From positions 105,710,001-105,774,000 of the forward strand of contig OX597823.1 of the NCBI GenBank assembly GCA_951406725.2: a stretch of DNA of 64,000 nucleotides. Reading direction: 5' to 3'. Of this stretch, positions 29,170 to 42,072 are shown one piece after another. The translations under genes and the position numbers were made by a program. The first letter of the stretch is position 1, and every line of letters starts with the position of its first letter. Source of the stretch: Octopus vulgaris. Lineage: Eukaryota. Under the pieces are notes generated by a model, which was not told the origin of the DNA, searched no databases, and saw only the letters and a list, made by a program, of their open reading frames with translations.

Positions 29170-29221
29170 TCCACACCATCTCGATCGACAGGTTATTCCC
29201 CAGCTGGCTTAGATCATTATA

Positions 29222-30466
29222 TTAGGTCAAGTATGAAGTTTGTAGTAAGGTATATGGCAAACTTTGACAGCTGCTCATTTTGCACTTTTATTATATTTTG
29301 ACGATCTTTATATTTTGTTAGAAAGCTTACACATCTATTTCTTTATTCTAACTCATTTTGCGCTTTATAAAATATTTATAAATCGATTTTTGCTATTTTT
29401 GTTTAGAGATGGATAAGTTGGAAATTCGTACAGTTTTGAAATATGAGTTCTTTCTTGGAAATACAGCATCACATTATTCTAATGTTATTACACAGCAGAC
29501 AGTATCAAATTGGTTTGCAAAATTTCGTTCTGGTAACTTTGACCTCACAAATGAGCAACGCGGTCGACCGGAAACAAAGGTGGATAAAGACAAACTGAAA
29601 GCGACCGTCGAGTCAGATCCATCTCAAAGTGAATTATCGTTGTTGTTTGGTGTTAGCAAGCAAACAATACTGACTCACCTAGTTCAAATCGGTAAAGTGA
29701 AAAATTTGGATAAGTAAGGTTCCACATGAATTCAATGAAAATCAAAAACAGAACGTTTAGAAGCCTGCATTATGCTACTTTCTCGTCACAAAAATGAATA
29801 ATTTTTGTATCGAATTGTAACATGTGATGAGAAATGGATCCAATACAACAATCGTAAACGTTCAGCACAATGGTTGGACAAAGATGACCCACCAAAACAC
29901 AGCCCAAAAAGCAAAATTCATTAAAAGAAGCTGATGGTGTATGTTTGGTGGTTTGGCGCATGTGTGATCCTTTATGATTTCATTAAACATGGCTCATCAA
30001 TTACGGCCGAAGTATACTGCAGCCAACTGGACCAAATGATGCAGAAACTTATAAAAAAGCCAGCCTAGATTAGTCAACAGACCCACTCCTATTTTATTGC
30101 AAGACAATGCTAGACCACACATCGCAAATATAACATTGGCGAAACTACAGGAGTTGGAGTTGGAAGTTCTCCATTATCCACCATACTCACCTGATCTTGC
30201 CCCCACTGACTACCACTTCTTCCAGAATTTGGATAACTTTTTGATAGGAAAAAATTAAATTCTGACAATGTTGTAAAACAGGCTTTCCAAGATTTTATTG
30301 ACTCTTGATTGCCAAGCTTTTACAGTGCTGGACAAGCTACCGCTGAAATGGCAAAAATGTATTGACAATATGGGTGAAAACTTTGATGAATAAAACTATT
30401 CCTTGTATTTATATAACGTTAGCAAACATTTTTTCTTTTCTAAAAATTTCATACTTGACGACTTAG
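29222..30466 (+). mobile_element. Full-length decayed mariner DNA transposon (D,D34D; cecropia/Hsmar1-like)
   Basis: Left TIR TTAGGTCAAGTATGAAGTTT after TA (29220-21); right AAATTTCATACTTGAC(GA)CTTAG then TA (30467-68). Length ~1.25 kb. Confidence 0.9.
29409..30393 (+). pseudogene. Mariner transposase pseudogene
   Basis: HTH region WFAKFRSGNFDLTNEQRGRP, disrupted (W)VPHE, RIVTCDEKW, LQDNARPH and PYSPDLAPTDYHFF (34 residues between the last two catalytic D), ending KWQKCIDNMGENFDE*. Several stops and frameshifts. Confidence 0.92.
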
Positions 30467-30593
30467 TAGGTTGAGTGGACTGGAGAAACGCTAAATGAAG
30501 TTTTTGCCCAAGAACAAAACACACCAGCATGGCCGTAGACAAATGACTAAAACAAAAGAATAAAAGAATGTATGTGTTTGGGTATGTGTGTGA

Positions 30594-30692
<99 letters not shown>

Positions 30693-31069
30693 GTATTCTT
30701 TGTCTGTTTCATTCTTGTAGATACGTTGATTTGCTCACTCATGTATTTATTAATTCATTCTTTTTGTTTTCAATTTTCGCATTTTAACAATATCACACAC
30801 ACTCACACAACTAAATATCTCACACTGCAATGGCGGTCGTCTGCTTAGTTTTCCTATTTGCATTTTTTTCTTGTCCACCATCTTTACTCATTCCATTCCT
30901 GTCTTGGACCACTCAACTAACAATAATCTTTTCCCCTTTGTTTTCTTCAGCTTTTATTTCTTTATTCCACATTTCATTATGCGTTCCTAGACCCGTCTTC
31001 TGTCTCTCTTCGCAAACTCTCACAAATTTTCTTTAATCCCTCTCTTTTTCTTCCCTTCTTTATATCTCC

Positions 31070-31120
<51 letters not shown>

Positions 31121-31247
31121 ACTCTCTCTCTAACTCTCCCTCTCTTTCTCGATTATTCTCTTGCTTTACTTTCTGATATCTTTTAATCTTATTTCTACGT
31201 TTGTTTCGTTAAATCATCTGCTTCACTTACCAGAGATAAGGTCATTA

Positions 31248-31383
<136 letters not shown>

Positions 31384-31468
31384 GTGTCTGTCTGTCTGTC
31401 TGTCTGTGTCTGCCTGTGTATCTATCTATCTACCTTTCTCTGCCTCTGTCTGTCAGTCTGTCTGTCTG

Positions 31469-31552
<84 letters not shown>

Positions 31553-31918
31553 GTATGTATATGTATGTATATGGAATGAGTGAGAAACAGATAGATAGAG
31601 AAGAGAGGGAGAGATCGAAATTATATATAATGCTTGTATATGGGCGCGTGTACCTGTCTATAATTCAACCACTCTCATTGCAATCATCTATATCATTCTT
31701 CCCTCTCACTTTCTCTCTCTGTATATGTGTGTATGTGTGTGTGTGTTTGCGTATGTGAATTCTTCACTGTTATCTTCATTTATTTTTCTGGTCATTTAAT
31801 TGCTTCTTTAAGCTTCCCACCGATCTGAGGCCGAAATATCTTACACATGCATTTAAATATTTTGCTTTCATATAACACGGGTACATAAGTGCATACACAC
31901 ATGCCTATATATATATAT

Positions 31919-32015
<97 letters not shown>

Positions 32016-32133
32016 AATGTACGTATGTAAGCATGTTATATGAAACCAAGTTATTTAAATTAAAGATATATATATATATATATGTTTCCGTACATATATA
32101 CACAAATGCATATATATATCAGAATATATATCA

Positions 32134-32177
<44 letters not shown>

Positions 32178-32561
32178 TTATGTACTCCGGGGTTCAAACC
32201 GGGCTCGAGTTCGACTCTATCTGATATCATTTCGGGATCGATGAAATATATACCATTGAGTATTGGGTTTGATTCTATTGAGTATTGGGTTTGATTCTAT
32301 CGATTATCCTATTTCCTGCACAAAATATATTTTTATATATTTTTATGCAAAAAATTATGAATATTCGTAATCTGGAGTTTATATACATATTTATTTATCG
32401 ATTTCTAGGGATCGGTATTTACAAAATATTAGTACTTTAAAACGTTTTGTCAATCATATTGCTGGCGATTTTTAAAATCTAAGAATTAGGTTTTGATACA
32501 CCGAAATAATTTCTTTATGGATTCCTTTAGTGAAGCTGTATTTCAACTCTGGTCATATTCT

Positions 32562-32742
32562 TAAGGCAGAATCGTTTGTACGCCGGGCAAAATGCTTAGT
32601 GACAATTCATCCGTCTTTACGTCCTGAGTTCGAATTCTACCGGGGCTGATTTTGGCTTCCATCCTTTCGGAGCCGATAAAACAAGTATCAGTTGATCACT
32701 GGGGTCGATTTAATCGAATTACCGCTTCACCCGAAATTGAAA
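32562..32742 (+). mobile_element. SINE family B, diverged
   Basis: GGCAGAATCGTT..ACGCCGGGCAAAATGCTTAG...GAGTTCGAATTC...CATCCTTTCGG...CACTGGGGTCGAT. Confidence 0.75.
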
Positions 32743-34083
32743 CCGATATTTATCATATTATTTATGTTTTCCACAGTTTCTTTTTTGTTGCTGGTTTCAG
32801 ATGCCTGCTTTTTAGCCTATTTCATGGATATGTTGTTGAAATAACATTTTGATAGGTGTAACCTCTAAACGTCTTTAGGTGATATTCCTGAAGCAGGTCT
32901 GGCGTTAAATTTGAAGCAATTGTTTTGCTAACTGGGGCACTTGCTCTAACTTTGCCTGTTGCATGGAAGGATAAGCTTAATCCTTCATCTCTATTTTGCT
33001 GGGTATGTCGAATCAACACAATAATTTTCTAAGATTGATTTTTTTTTCAATGAGTTCTATAGTGACTGAAGACAAGCGCATATGACCCATTCACGTGCTC
33101 TAGTGACTGAAGAAGGATAGGTGAAGGTAATCCTCCAACCGATGTTCTTGCTCAAGTGATTGCAACAGAATTGACTTAACTTAGCTGTGTGAGGGTGGGA
33201 ATAGATTTAGACGTTAGAACGTCAGGGACAATACTTTGCGATATTTGTTCCAGTTCCAGTTCTCTGTGTTCTGAGTTCAAAATTTACTGAGGCCAACTTT
33301 GTAAGCTCATCATTTCTGGAGGAAGGATGGTCAATAAAATAAAATAGCAGTGCAAAATGGTGAATTAGATGTGTTGCTCGAATATCGCACGAAAAGCATG
33401 CCTGTGTTCGTTCCAATTCCTGGGTTCTCGGGTGAGAAATTTAAACATCATCCGGCTTAACACTACCTCCTGGCACTTGGTCCGAGCGAAAGGAAAGAAT
33501 CAATACCGGAGCATTGGCCTGAATGCTTGCATTTAATATGAGGATAACTCTTTGATTTGAGGATAACTTTTACCCTTCCCTGCACCGTTTTTGAAACTCC
33601 TGAACAATAAAAGATCATGGGCTTCAGTTTTTTCCCTTTGACTAAATGGTACAAAGTTCTTAAAGATAGCCGAATGTCAGGCTACTGATTACGTATACTA
33701 TACTGGAGCGCCCTCGCTTGCTGGATTTCACAGTTTCTAACGGCATTTCGCCCAGTGTGCTGCCAATTCTGCCAGATCGGCGCCTTAAAGACGATTATGA
33801 TATTCAGAGGAAGCACGAAGATCGATGAGTATTTGCTGATCAGTTACAATAAGTATCAACATTTCGCAACTCAAGGCAACAGCAAGCTTTTCTAAGTGGA
33901 CGTTCGATCCGCGGCAAGAATTAGCAGCCCACATCTTCATCGCAAACGCCCCACCATCTTGATATATGAGGGACACGGGGACTAAAATTTCTCTTTCATG
34001 GTGAGGATGAGGATGATTCCCATGATCATCATCATCACCTCTATGAATTTGGATACAAGACTGTTTATTAATCTTCCATTGCA

Positions 34084-34196
<113 letters not shown>

Positions 34197-34307
34197 GTAA
34201 ATGTAAATGTATATGTAATATGTGACAATTATTCGGTAGCCATGATAAAACTCCGAGTTTCTGATGCTGAGGTGGAAATCCACGCCGTTGCCTTATCGTT
34301 TTTATCA

Positions 34308-34378
<71 letters not shown>

Positions 34379-35679
34379 AATACTTGGATACATATCCACA
34401 CATTATACACATACACGTGTGTATGTGTGTGCATATATGTTGTATATAATAGACATCTATGTGAGTATCATATCTATGTAGGTCTGTATATGTGTGTGTG
34501 TGTGTGTGTGTGTATGTATTGATGGGGACAGATAGAAAGAGATTCAGCATGCAAGGTATCAGTTACACACACACTTCCCATTGGACGTGTTTCCGTTCTA
34601 CCTGTGTTTAATGCTTTATCAACTCATCTACAATGACACGATCTCACTCACCGTTATTTCACGTATTAATCATCATCATCATAATCGTCATAGTTGCCGA
34701 CAGATTACTTTTATGCTCTGTGCCTTTCATACTTTGTTTTTTTTAGAATAAACCTTCTATAAGAAAATTGTAAACGGATATACTAATGAATATTTCTTTA
34801 TAGTGATGATGATGACGATAACGATGATGAAGATGATAATAAAAATAATAATGGTGATGATGATAATTTAGAAAAAAGTGTCTGTAATTTTTATTTTATT
34901 TATATTTATTTATATTTATTTATTTATTTATTGCTTGTAACTGCTGTGACCTTTTCAACCCCTGACGAACATAGATTCAAGAGAGAAAGAGCGAGCCTCT
35001 TCTTCGTATTCATAGCTATCATTACTTTTGACAATTCACTTCCTGTTCTCTCTGTGTTTGTATGCATGTATGTATGTATGTATGTATGTATGTATGTATG
35101 TATGTATGTATGTATGTATGTATGTATGTATGTATGTATGTGTTTGTGTGTTAGAAATCCACGAGACATTTCTTTGCCAATCGAACTGCATGACTCACCC
35201 CGACCGCCTTACCACTTCCTCCCTGCATCCATCAAGAGGCTTCACTCTGCCAATTCCTATGAATACCAATCGATGATCATGACTTCCTCTCATGTACTCG
35301 ATTAACCATCGAGATACTCAAACATAATCAAGCAAATTAAACAGGTAGGTTCCATGTCAAGATGGCGACTAAACCAATACTAGTATCTCCGTTGCTATTT
35401 GTTGTTGGTATTTTTGATGTTGATCTCGTGCTGTTGCCATTAGTGCTGCTGTTGATGATGATGTGGTTAGTAATGTTGATGTTGTGAATTGATATTTTTT
35501 TTTGTCGTTGATGTTGTTCGGGATGTTGTTTACGTCGTTATTGATATTTGCTGTTCGTATTGTTGCTGATGTTGTTGTTAGTGCTGGCGTAGTTGTGCTG
35601 GGTTTTGGAGTCACATCACTTCGACGCACCCAACAGAAACTGTACTGTCACAAGCATTATTTTGCTGAATTCATTATAT

Positions 35680-35683
<4 letters not shown>

Positions 35684-35740
<57 letters not shown>

Positions 35741-35759
35741 TATAATAATGATAATAATG

Positions 35760-35820
<61 letters not shown>

Positions 35821-35855
35821 TGATGATAATAATAATAATAATAATAATGATGATG

Positions 35856-35933
<78 letters not shown>

Positions 35934-35938
35934 TAATA
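35684..35938. repeat. (TAA)n microsatellite (target tract of the adjacent LINE)
   Basis: Near-perfect AAT repeat with occasional GAT. Confidence 0.97.
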
Positions 35939-37379
35939 AAAAAAATAAGAAAGGAATACTATAGGAGAATAAGGCTTGTACTGAAGACTGAACTCAACTC
36001 CAAAAATTGCATTGAGGCCATTAACACCCTGGCACTTCCAGTAGTCCAGTACAGTTTTAACATCATTAACTGGAACCTCACGGAACTCCAACGCTTGGAC
36101 AGGAAGACAAGAAAGTTACTGACATCCAAGAGCATGCACCACCCTAAGGCAGATGTAGACCGCTTGTACCTACCTAGAAGCAGCGGGGGGAGAGGAATGA
36201 TGCAATTAGAGCTGTGCTATAAGACCTCTACTGTAGGAATGAACAGGTACCTATCTAGTACAAAGGACTGGATGCTGCGACTAGTGTGCGAACACGAAAG
36301 CAGCAAAAAGCTGCATTCTATTGTCAAGGAAGCTTATAAGTTCGAAAGGGAACTAGACATTAACCTTGAATCAGATGAAGAGCCGGAAACCACTGCTACC
36401 AAGCAAGCAAAGCGAATCAAGCAGACTGCAAAAAAGAACGGGCAGAATCAAATTGAAAGGCGGTGGAGCCAGAAGCCCCTGCATGGACAATATATTCTCC
36501 GAAGCCAAAATGCTGATGTAGACCAAGCAACAACCCATCAGTGGCTGAAGAGCTCTGGATTGAAAGCAGAGACTGAAGGTTTCATAATGGCAGCACAAGA
36601 TCAAAGCTTGTTTACCAGAAATTACCAGGCTAACGTTCTCCGAAACGGTACTGACCCTAAATGCAGATTCTGCGGCACATTTGATGAAACGATAGACCAT
36701 CTCGTTTCGGGATGTCCTGTGCTGACACCAAACGAATACAAAAATCGCCACGATAGGGTAGGACAGTATATACATTGGAAGATATGTAAACACTACAAAT
36801 CCGACACTCCTGCTAACTGGTATGAACACCATCCTCAGCCAGTTGTTGAAGGTAAAGATGTCACCCTCTGGGATTTTCCAGTCAACACTGACAGAACGAT
36901 CAAGGCTAATCGACCAGACACAATTGTTAAAGACAGGGAAGAAAATACCTGCAGACTAATAGAAGTAAGCGTCCCCACTGATAAAAATGTATCTGTCAAG
37001 GAATTTGACAAACTTAGTAAATATAAGGACCTGGAAATCGAAATACAGAGGATGTGGAATCTTAAAACAAAAACTGTTCCTGTTATTGTAGGTGCCCTAG
37101 GCATGATAAAAAAGGGATGTCAGAAACACCTAGACAATATCCCTGGAAAACCATGTCTCAAGGAAATCCAAAAGATTGTGCTAACAAGTACTGCCCACAT
37201 CCTTAGAAAAACCCTATCAATGTAAATGTTTGTGTTTGCATTACATGGAGATATATCTCTACTTCCCCTCCCCAAGCTTTCAGCTATATTTCAACAACTC
37301 TTAACCTTCACTTGCCCTAGGGCGCTGGGTGTGCCCCGGTAGGTGATTGCATCAAACATGCAGATTAAAAGTAAATGAC

Positions 37380-37380
<1 letters not shown>
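35939..37380 (+). mobile_element. 5'-truncated R4/Dong-clade non-LTR retrotransposon inserted in (TAA)n
   Basis: Open 3' ORF plus a ~155-nt 3'UTR with a stem-loop at 37311-37343; (TAA)n on both sides. Confidence 0.92.
35942..37225 (+). CDS. C-terminal ~428 codons of the retrotransposon ORF (RT thumb, CCHC zinc knuckle, restriction-like endonuclease); no native start codon
   Basis: The frame stays open 51 codons upstream of the track ORF (KIRKEYYRRIRLVLKTELNSKN...). Motifs KPLHGQY, TEGFIMAAQDQ, C-x2-C-x8-H-x4-C (CRFCGTFDETIDHLVSGC), RHD, RPD...IEVSVP, KxxKY and VPVIVGALG. Confidence 0.9.
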   Translation, partial: KIRKEYYRRIRLVLKTELNSKNCIEAINTLALPVVQYSFNIINWNLTELQRLDRKTRKLLTSKSMHHPKADVDRLYLPRSSGGRGMMQLELCYKTSTVGMNRYLSSTKDWMLRLVCEHESSKKLHSIVKEAYKFERELDINLESDEEPETTATKQAKRIKQTAKKNGQNQIERRWSQKPLHGQYILRSQNADVDQATTHQWLKSSGLKAETEGFIMAAQDQSLFTRNYQANVLRNGTDPKCRFCGTFDETIDHLVSGCPVLTPNEYKNRHDRVGQYIHWKICKHYKSDTPANWYEHHPQPVVEGKDVTLWDFPVNTDRTIKANRPDTIVKDREENTCRLIEVSVPTDKNVSVKEFDKLSKYKDLEIEIQRMWNLKTKTVPVIVGALGMIKKGCQKHLDNIPGKPCLKEIQKIVLTSTAHILRKTLSM

Positions 37381-37411
<31 letters not shown>

Positions 37412-37419
37412 TAATAATG

Positions 37420-37491
<72 letters not shown>

Positions 37492-37607
37492 GGTTGTGAT
37501 GCATGTGCCTGGTGTACCTTTATCAGACGGGTAGTCATGATGGGTATATTGGGCTTCGTATATTTTACCCCAGTGTCACTTTGATGGCATGCACTGCTCT
37601 CTCACTC
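37492..37607 (+). mobile_element. Family C, 5'-truncated, in (TAA)n
   Basis: Last 116 nt of family C, ending CTCTCACTC-(AAT)n. Confidence 0.9.
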
Positions 37608-37693
<86 letters not shown>

Positions 37694-37697
<4 letters not shown>

Positions 37698-38203
37698 TGA
37701 TTGGAAGTGTTATCATGTACATTGTTTTGTCTTGGTATAAAAGATGGGCTACAGCAAATATTCTGCTCAATACCACATATTTTCTTGTCAGTTGTTTGAC
37801 CTTAACCAGTTGAGCATGTCCCTTAGTGGCTGATGATATGTGCATCTCTGATCACGAGCAGAAGTAGTGGGGGAGCGTCATAGCCATGTGTTGAGAGGGA
37901 TTCTTTGGGCTTTGAATAATTCACCTCTGGAAACATGGGTGTTCCGTTCAACATCCTTAAAAAATCCTTATTCAGGGACCTTTTGAGCAGGATGAGTCAC
38001 TCGACCGGAAGAAAATTCTAAGTGGGCCCCAACTGAAAGGTCATGTGCTGTTTATCTTGATATGAGATGACCATGTCACGCACATATGGTTGTGATGCAT
38101 GTGCCTAGTGTATCATTATCAGACGAGTAGTCATGATGGGTATACTGGGCTTTGTATATTTTACCCCAGTGTCACTTTGATGGCATGCACTGCTCTCTCA
38201 CTC
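37694..38203 (+). mobile_element. Family C, slightly 5'-truncated, in (TAA)n
   Basis: Aligns to 20705-21227 from TAACTGATTGG onward; (AAT)n on both sides. Confidence 0.92.
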
Positions 38204-38277
<74 letters not shown>

Positions 38278-38297
38278 TGATGATGATGATGATGATG

Positions 38298-38363
<66 letters not shown>

Positions 38364-38906
38364 GTGTTGATGATGAAGATGATGAGGAAGAAAATGGTGT
38401 TCGTTCACGACGAGGATAATGAAGATTACTGCGATGGTTATGATAATTTTGCATGTAGTGTTGTTGGTAATGAAGATGACGATGATTATGGAAATGATGA
38501 CGTTGATGATGATGATGAGGAGGAGGATGAGGATGGAGAAGAAGAAGAAGAAGAAGAAGAAGAAGAAGAAGAAGAAGAAGAAGAAGATGATGAGGATGAG
38601 GATGATGGTGGCGATGATGGTCACGATGAAGACGATGTTGTTGTTGATGTTGTTGCTGATGATGATGGTGATGACGATAATGATGAAGATGATGATGATA
38701 ATGATGATGATGATTATGATGATGATGATGATGATGACAATGAAGATGATGATGATGATGATGACGATTATGATGATGATGGAGTTGATTCAGCTACATC
38801 TATAGAATATTTTAGTAACTATATTTGTTAGTATCACAATATTTAGGTGGATGGTGCATACTGTTTTAAAAGATGTTCCTGATAATGATGATGATGGTGG
38901 TGGTGG

Positions 38907-38961
<55 letters not shown>

Positions 38962-39153
38962 AATGATGATGAGGATAGCGAAGACAACAAAAAACAAACA
39001 AGAGTAGGTTTTGTTGGTGACGAGGAATAATGGGAAGTTAATGTGAGTTTATGTATTTATCAATATACTCATTTTCCAAGTTGACATCTGCACACGTGGT
39101 TCAAAGTATCAACATCAACCCCACCCTGATCTTGAGAAACTGGTTGTCATCTG

Positions 39154-39186
<33 letters not shown>

Positions 39187-39258
39187 ATATCATCATCGTC
39201 ATTATCATCAATATTATCATCATCATCATGAATATCATCATCATCGTCGCCGTTGTCG

Positions 39259-39290
<32 letters not shown>

Positions 39291-39306
39291 GTCGTCGTCG
39301 TCGTCG

Positions 39307-39339
<33 letters not shown>

Positions 39340-39571
39340 CCAACAAGGCCGTCGTTGTCATCGTCGTCGTCGTCGTCGTCACTACCGTCTTCGCAGGCAC
39401 TGCCTTCTTCATTGTTGTTATCGTCATCACCGTGGTTATCGTTACTGTCGTTGTTGTTGTCGTCGTTGATGTCGTTGTCATCATCCTCACCTTCATTGGA
39501 TGATGACCATACAGAATCATCGTCTGGCGATATTTATTCATGATGATAGTCACGGTAATGAGAGTGAGGGC

Positions 39572-39603
<32 letters not shown>

Positions 39604-39690
39604 CGATGATGATTATGATGATGATGGTGATGGTGATGGTGATGACGATGATGATGATGATGTTGATGGTAGTGATGATGATGGTGATGA
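38204..39690. repeat. Mosaic (AAT)/(GAT)/(GAA)/(ATC/GTC) trinucleotide region
   Basis: Degenerate triplet repeats whose strand orientation switches twice. Confidence 0.9.
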
Positions 39691-40149
39691 TAAGGAGAAC
39701 AAGGGTTCCGAGGTGGAGGAGGAGGAAAGTGAAAGGAGAGGAGTCTGAGAAGCAAGACATTTAATGGCAGTAACAGTCGGCAGTCGGTAATGGGTGTAAG
39801 AGGAACCCAGAAGAGACTTGGTAAGGAGGAGAGAGGACGAGTAAGTGAAGATGGTGAAGTAAAATGAAGTGGTAAATGGCGTGAGGTTAAGGTGAGGATA
39901 ACTACATGGGTTAGTGTGGAGGAAGAGATGATGCAGGGTGCGTGAATATGGGGTAGGTTGAGCGAAAGTGGGAGGTAGTGTGAGTGAATGCATTAAAGTA
40001 TGTTGGACATGATGGATGGATGGATGGTTAATGCATACATATTCGTATATACATAGCTGCATCTATGTATGTATATATGTATGTGTATGTATGTGTGTGT
40101 ATATATATCTATGTGTACGTATATATGTATATGTCTATCTATATATAAG

Positions 40150-40206
<57 letters not shown>

Positions 40207-40210
<4 letters not shown>

Positions 40211-40433
40211 CTTTATTGCCCACAAGGGGCTAAACATAGAGGGGACAAACAAAGACAGAAAGAGTGATTATGTCGATTACATCGACCCCAGTGCGTAACT
40301 GGTACTTTATTTATCGACCCAGAAAGGATGAAAGGCAAAGTCGACCTCGGTGGAATTTGAACTCAGAACGTAACAGCAGACGAAATACCGCTCAGCATTT
40401 CGACCGGCGCGCTAACGTTTCTACAAGCTCGCC
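40207..40433 (-). mobile_element. SINE family B monomer
   Basis: Reverse complement ends CTCTATGTTTAGCCCCTTGTGGGCAATAAAGAAAT, then (AT)n. Confidence 0.88.
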
Positions 40434-40675
40434 AGACACACACACACACGCGTGTGTTTATAGTCAATAGGCCCCATAAAAGTTTGAGTATCATCTATGA
40501 TATTCATAATTTTAAATTTATTCCTCGTTGATTAATAAATTGAAAACAATTCACAAGTCGTTTGGTAAAATGACTTGAATACTGGCAATGTTAACAATTT
40601 CAATTTCTGTTTTAAATTGTCTTAATTAAACGTATCAGTGAATGGAACGCTAACATTACATCACCCATATGTGTG

Positions 40676-40785
<110 letters not shown>

Positions 40786-40791
40786 TATATG

Positions 40792-40871
<80 letters not shown>

Positions 40872-40958
40872 TATGAGAGACAAAACCACTATTTTGCAAA
40901 ACAAACAAGGAAAGACTTAATCAATACATAAAATTTTAATAAATAGTCAAAAAAACCG

Positions 40959-41001
40959 CCACTACAATTGTTTCTTGTCTTGATCGACAATCTTCAGGTG
41001 G
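40959..41001 (-). ncRNA. Type I minimal hammerhead ribozyme (Penelope-like element type)
   Basis: Minus strand: CCAC / CTGAAGA / TTGTC-GATCAA-GACAA / GAAA / CAATTG / TA / GTGG. Full CUGANGA...GAAA...UH core, 4-bp stem I, 5-bp stem II and palindromic stem III. Confidence 0.85.
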
Positions 41002-41428
41002 ACTTCCAATAAGTCAGTTTCAAATTATGAAGTGAAATTAAATTCTTAGCCGTTAAAAAAATCAAACCAGAATTACGTTACCATAGAAATATAACTTATG
41101 TAAAAAAAGAATACGCGCCATGGAAAGTAAACGTCATTATATATATGAATGTGTGTATGTACGTATGTGCATATGTAAATGATAGTTTAATAATTAAATT
41201 GATAATTATGGAAGTTTTAAGCCAGATTTTTATTGCTAATTTGAAAAAACTACCCCTCATTTTATACGATTTCGATTTGCATGTTGACGAACGGAACCAG
41301 TCAGCCGCGTAAATCGGGAAACAACAGTATGTGATAAAACGACTGGACGGTGACGGTTGGTATGGAACACTTTTGACCACAGGAGGACTCAATTAAAGTC
41401 CACCTAATATAGAATATTGTATACAAAC

Positions 41429-41729
41429 GGTATACAATATTCTTAAGAGAAACTAAGTATACGTGGTATGCACCGGTATTAAAATGTTGAGTGGTTGCCA
41501 TGTGACACTCTTGATACAAGAACACCTAGGATTAATCGAGGAAATCTCCCATCCAAGATATTCTTAAACTCCATATGCAAGTGCCCTCTCCAGTTTCTCT
41601 CCGCCGACTCACAGGCCTTTACTAAGAGCGGGGCCATCCACTCTTGCCATTTTCAGCACTTTCACCCACATTTCAATTAATTCACTTGGAGATAGCTCCT
41701 TTCTTTCTACTTTCACTTTCCTTTTCAAG
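41429..41729 (-). mobile_element. Inverted partial copy of the LINE 3' end at 42073-42583
   Basis: Reverse complement aligns to ~42193-42485 at roughly 90% identity (by eye). Confidence 0.9.
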
Positions 41730-42072
41730 CGTCCTTGAAGTAACAGTTATAATACTGGGATCAATTCAAATATAAATGTTCACTCTTCCACCACAAAATT
41801 TGTAAACACTTTACCAAAGTTAGCAGAAACCATAGAAAATCAGACAGGACTGTTATATATAAATAATTATGACTGCTTACGTTTCGAGCTCAAATGCCGA
41901 TAAGATTACTTTGTTTTCATATCCGTCTACTTTGACTAAAATAAAGAACGAATCGAGTGCCGGTTACTATCTGACGACTGTCCTCCTCCCACTACAAAAT
42001 ATGCAACCTCATACCATGTCAAATAACTGCTCTAACGTGTGCGACAGATCAGGTCCCGCAGCCATTCTTTAA

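Noticed and set aside
33101-33152. CTGAAGA plus AGGAT/ATCCT stem as another hammerhead
   Set aside because: GAAA is absent (CCAA) and stem III does not pair.
32860-33660. Minus-strand peptides faintly like an APE endonuclease (MIFYCSGVSKTVQGRVKVILKSK)
   Set aside because: Too short and degenerate to support without a profile search.
35358-35369. YY1-like motif CAAGATGGCG
   Set aside because: Single short motif with no supporting promoter context.
37824-37887. CTGATGA/CTGACGA inside family C as a hammerhead or HDV-like ribozyme
   Set aside because: Followed by GAAG rather than GAAA, with no convincing stem II and no UH triplet before the stem I partner. An HDV-like fold could not be completed by eye.
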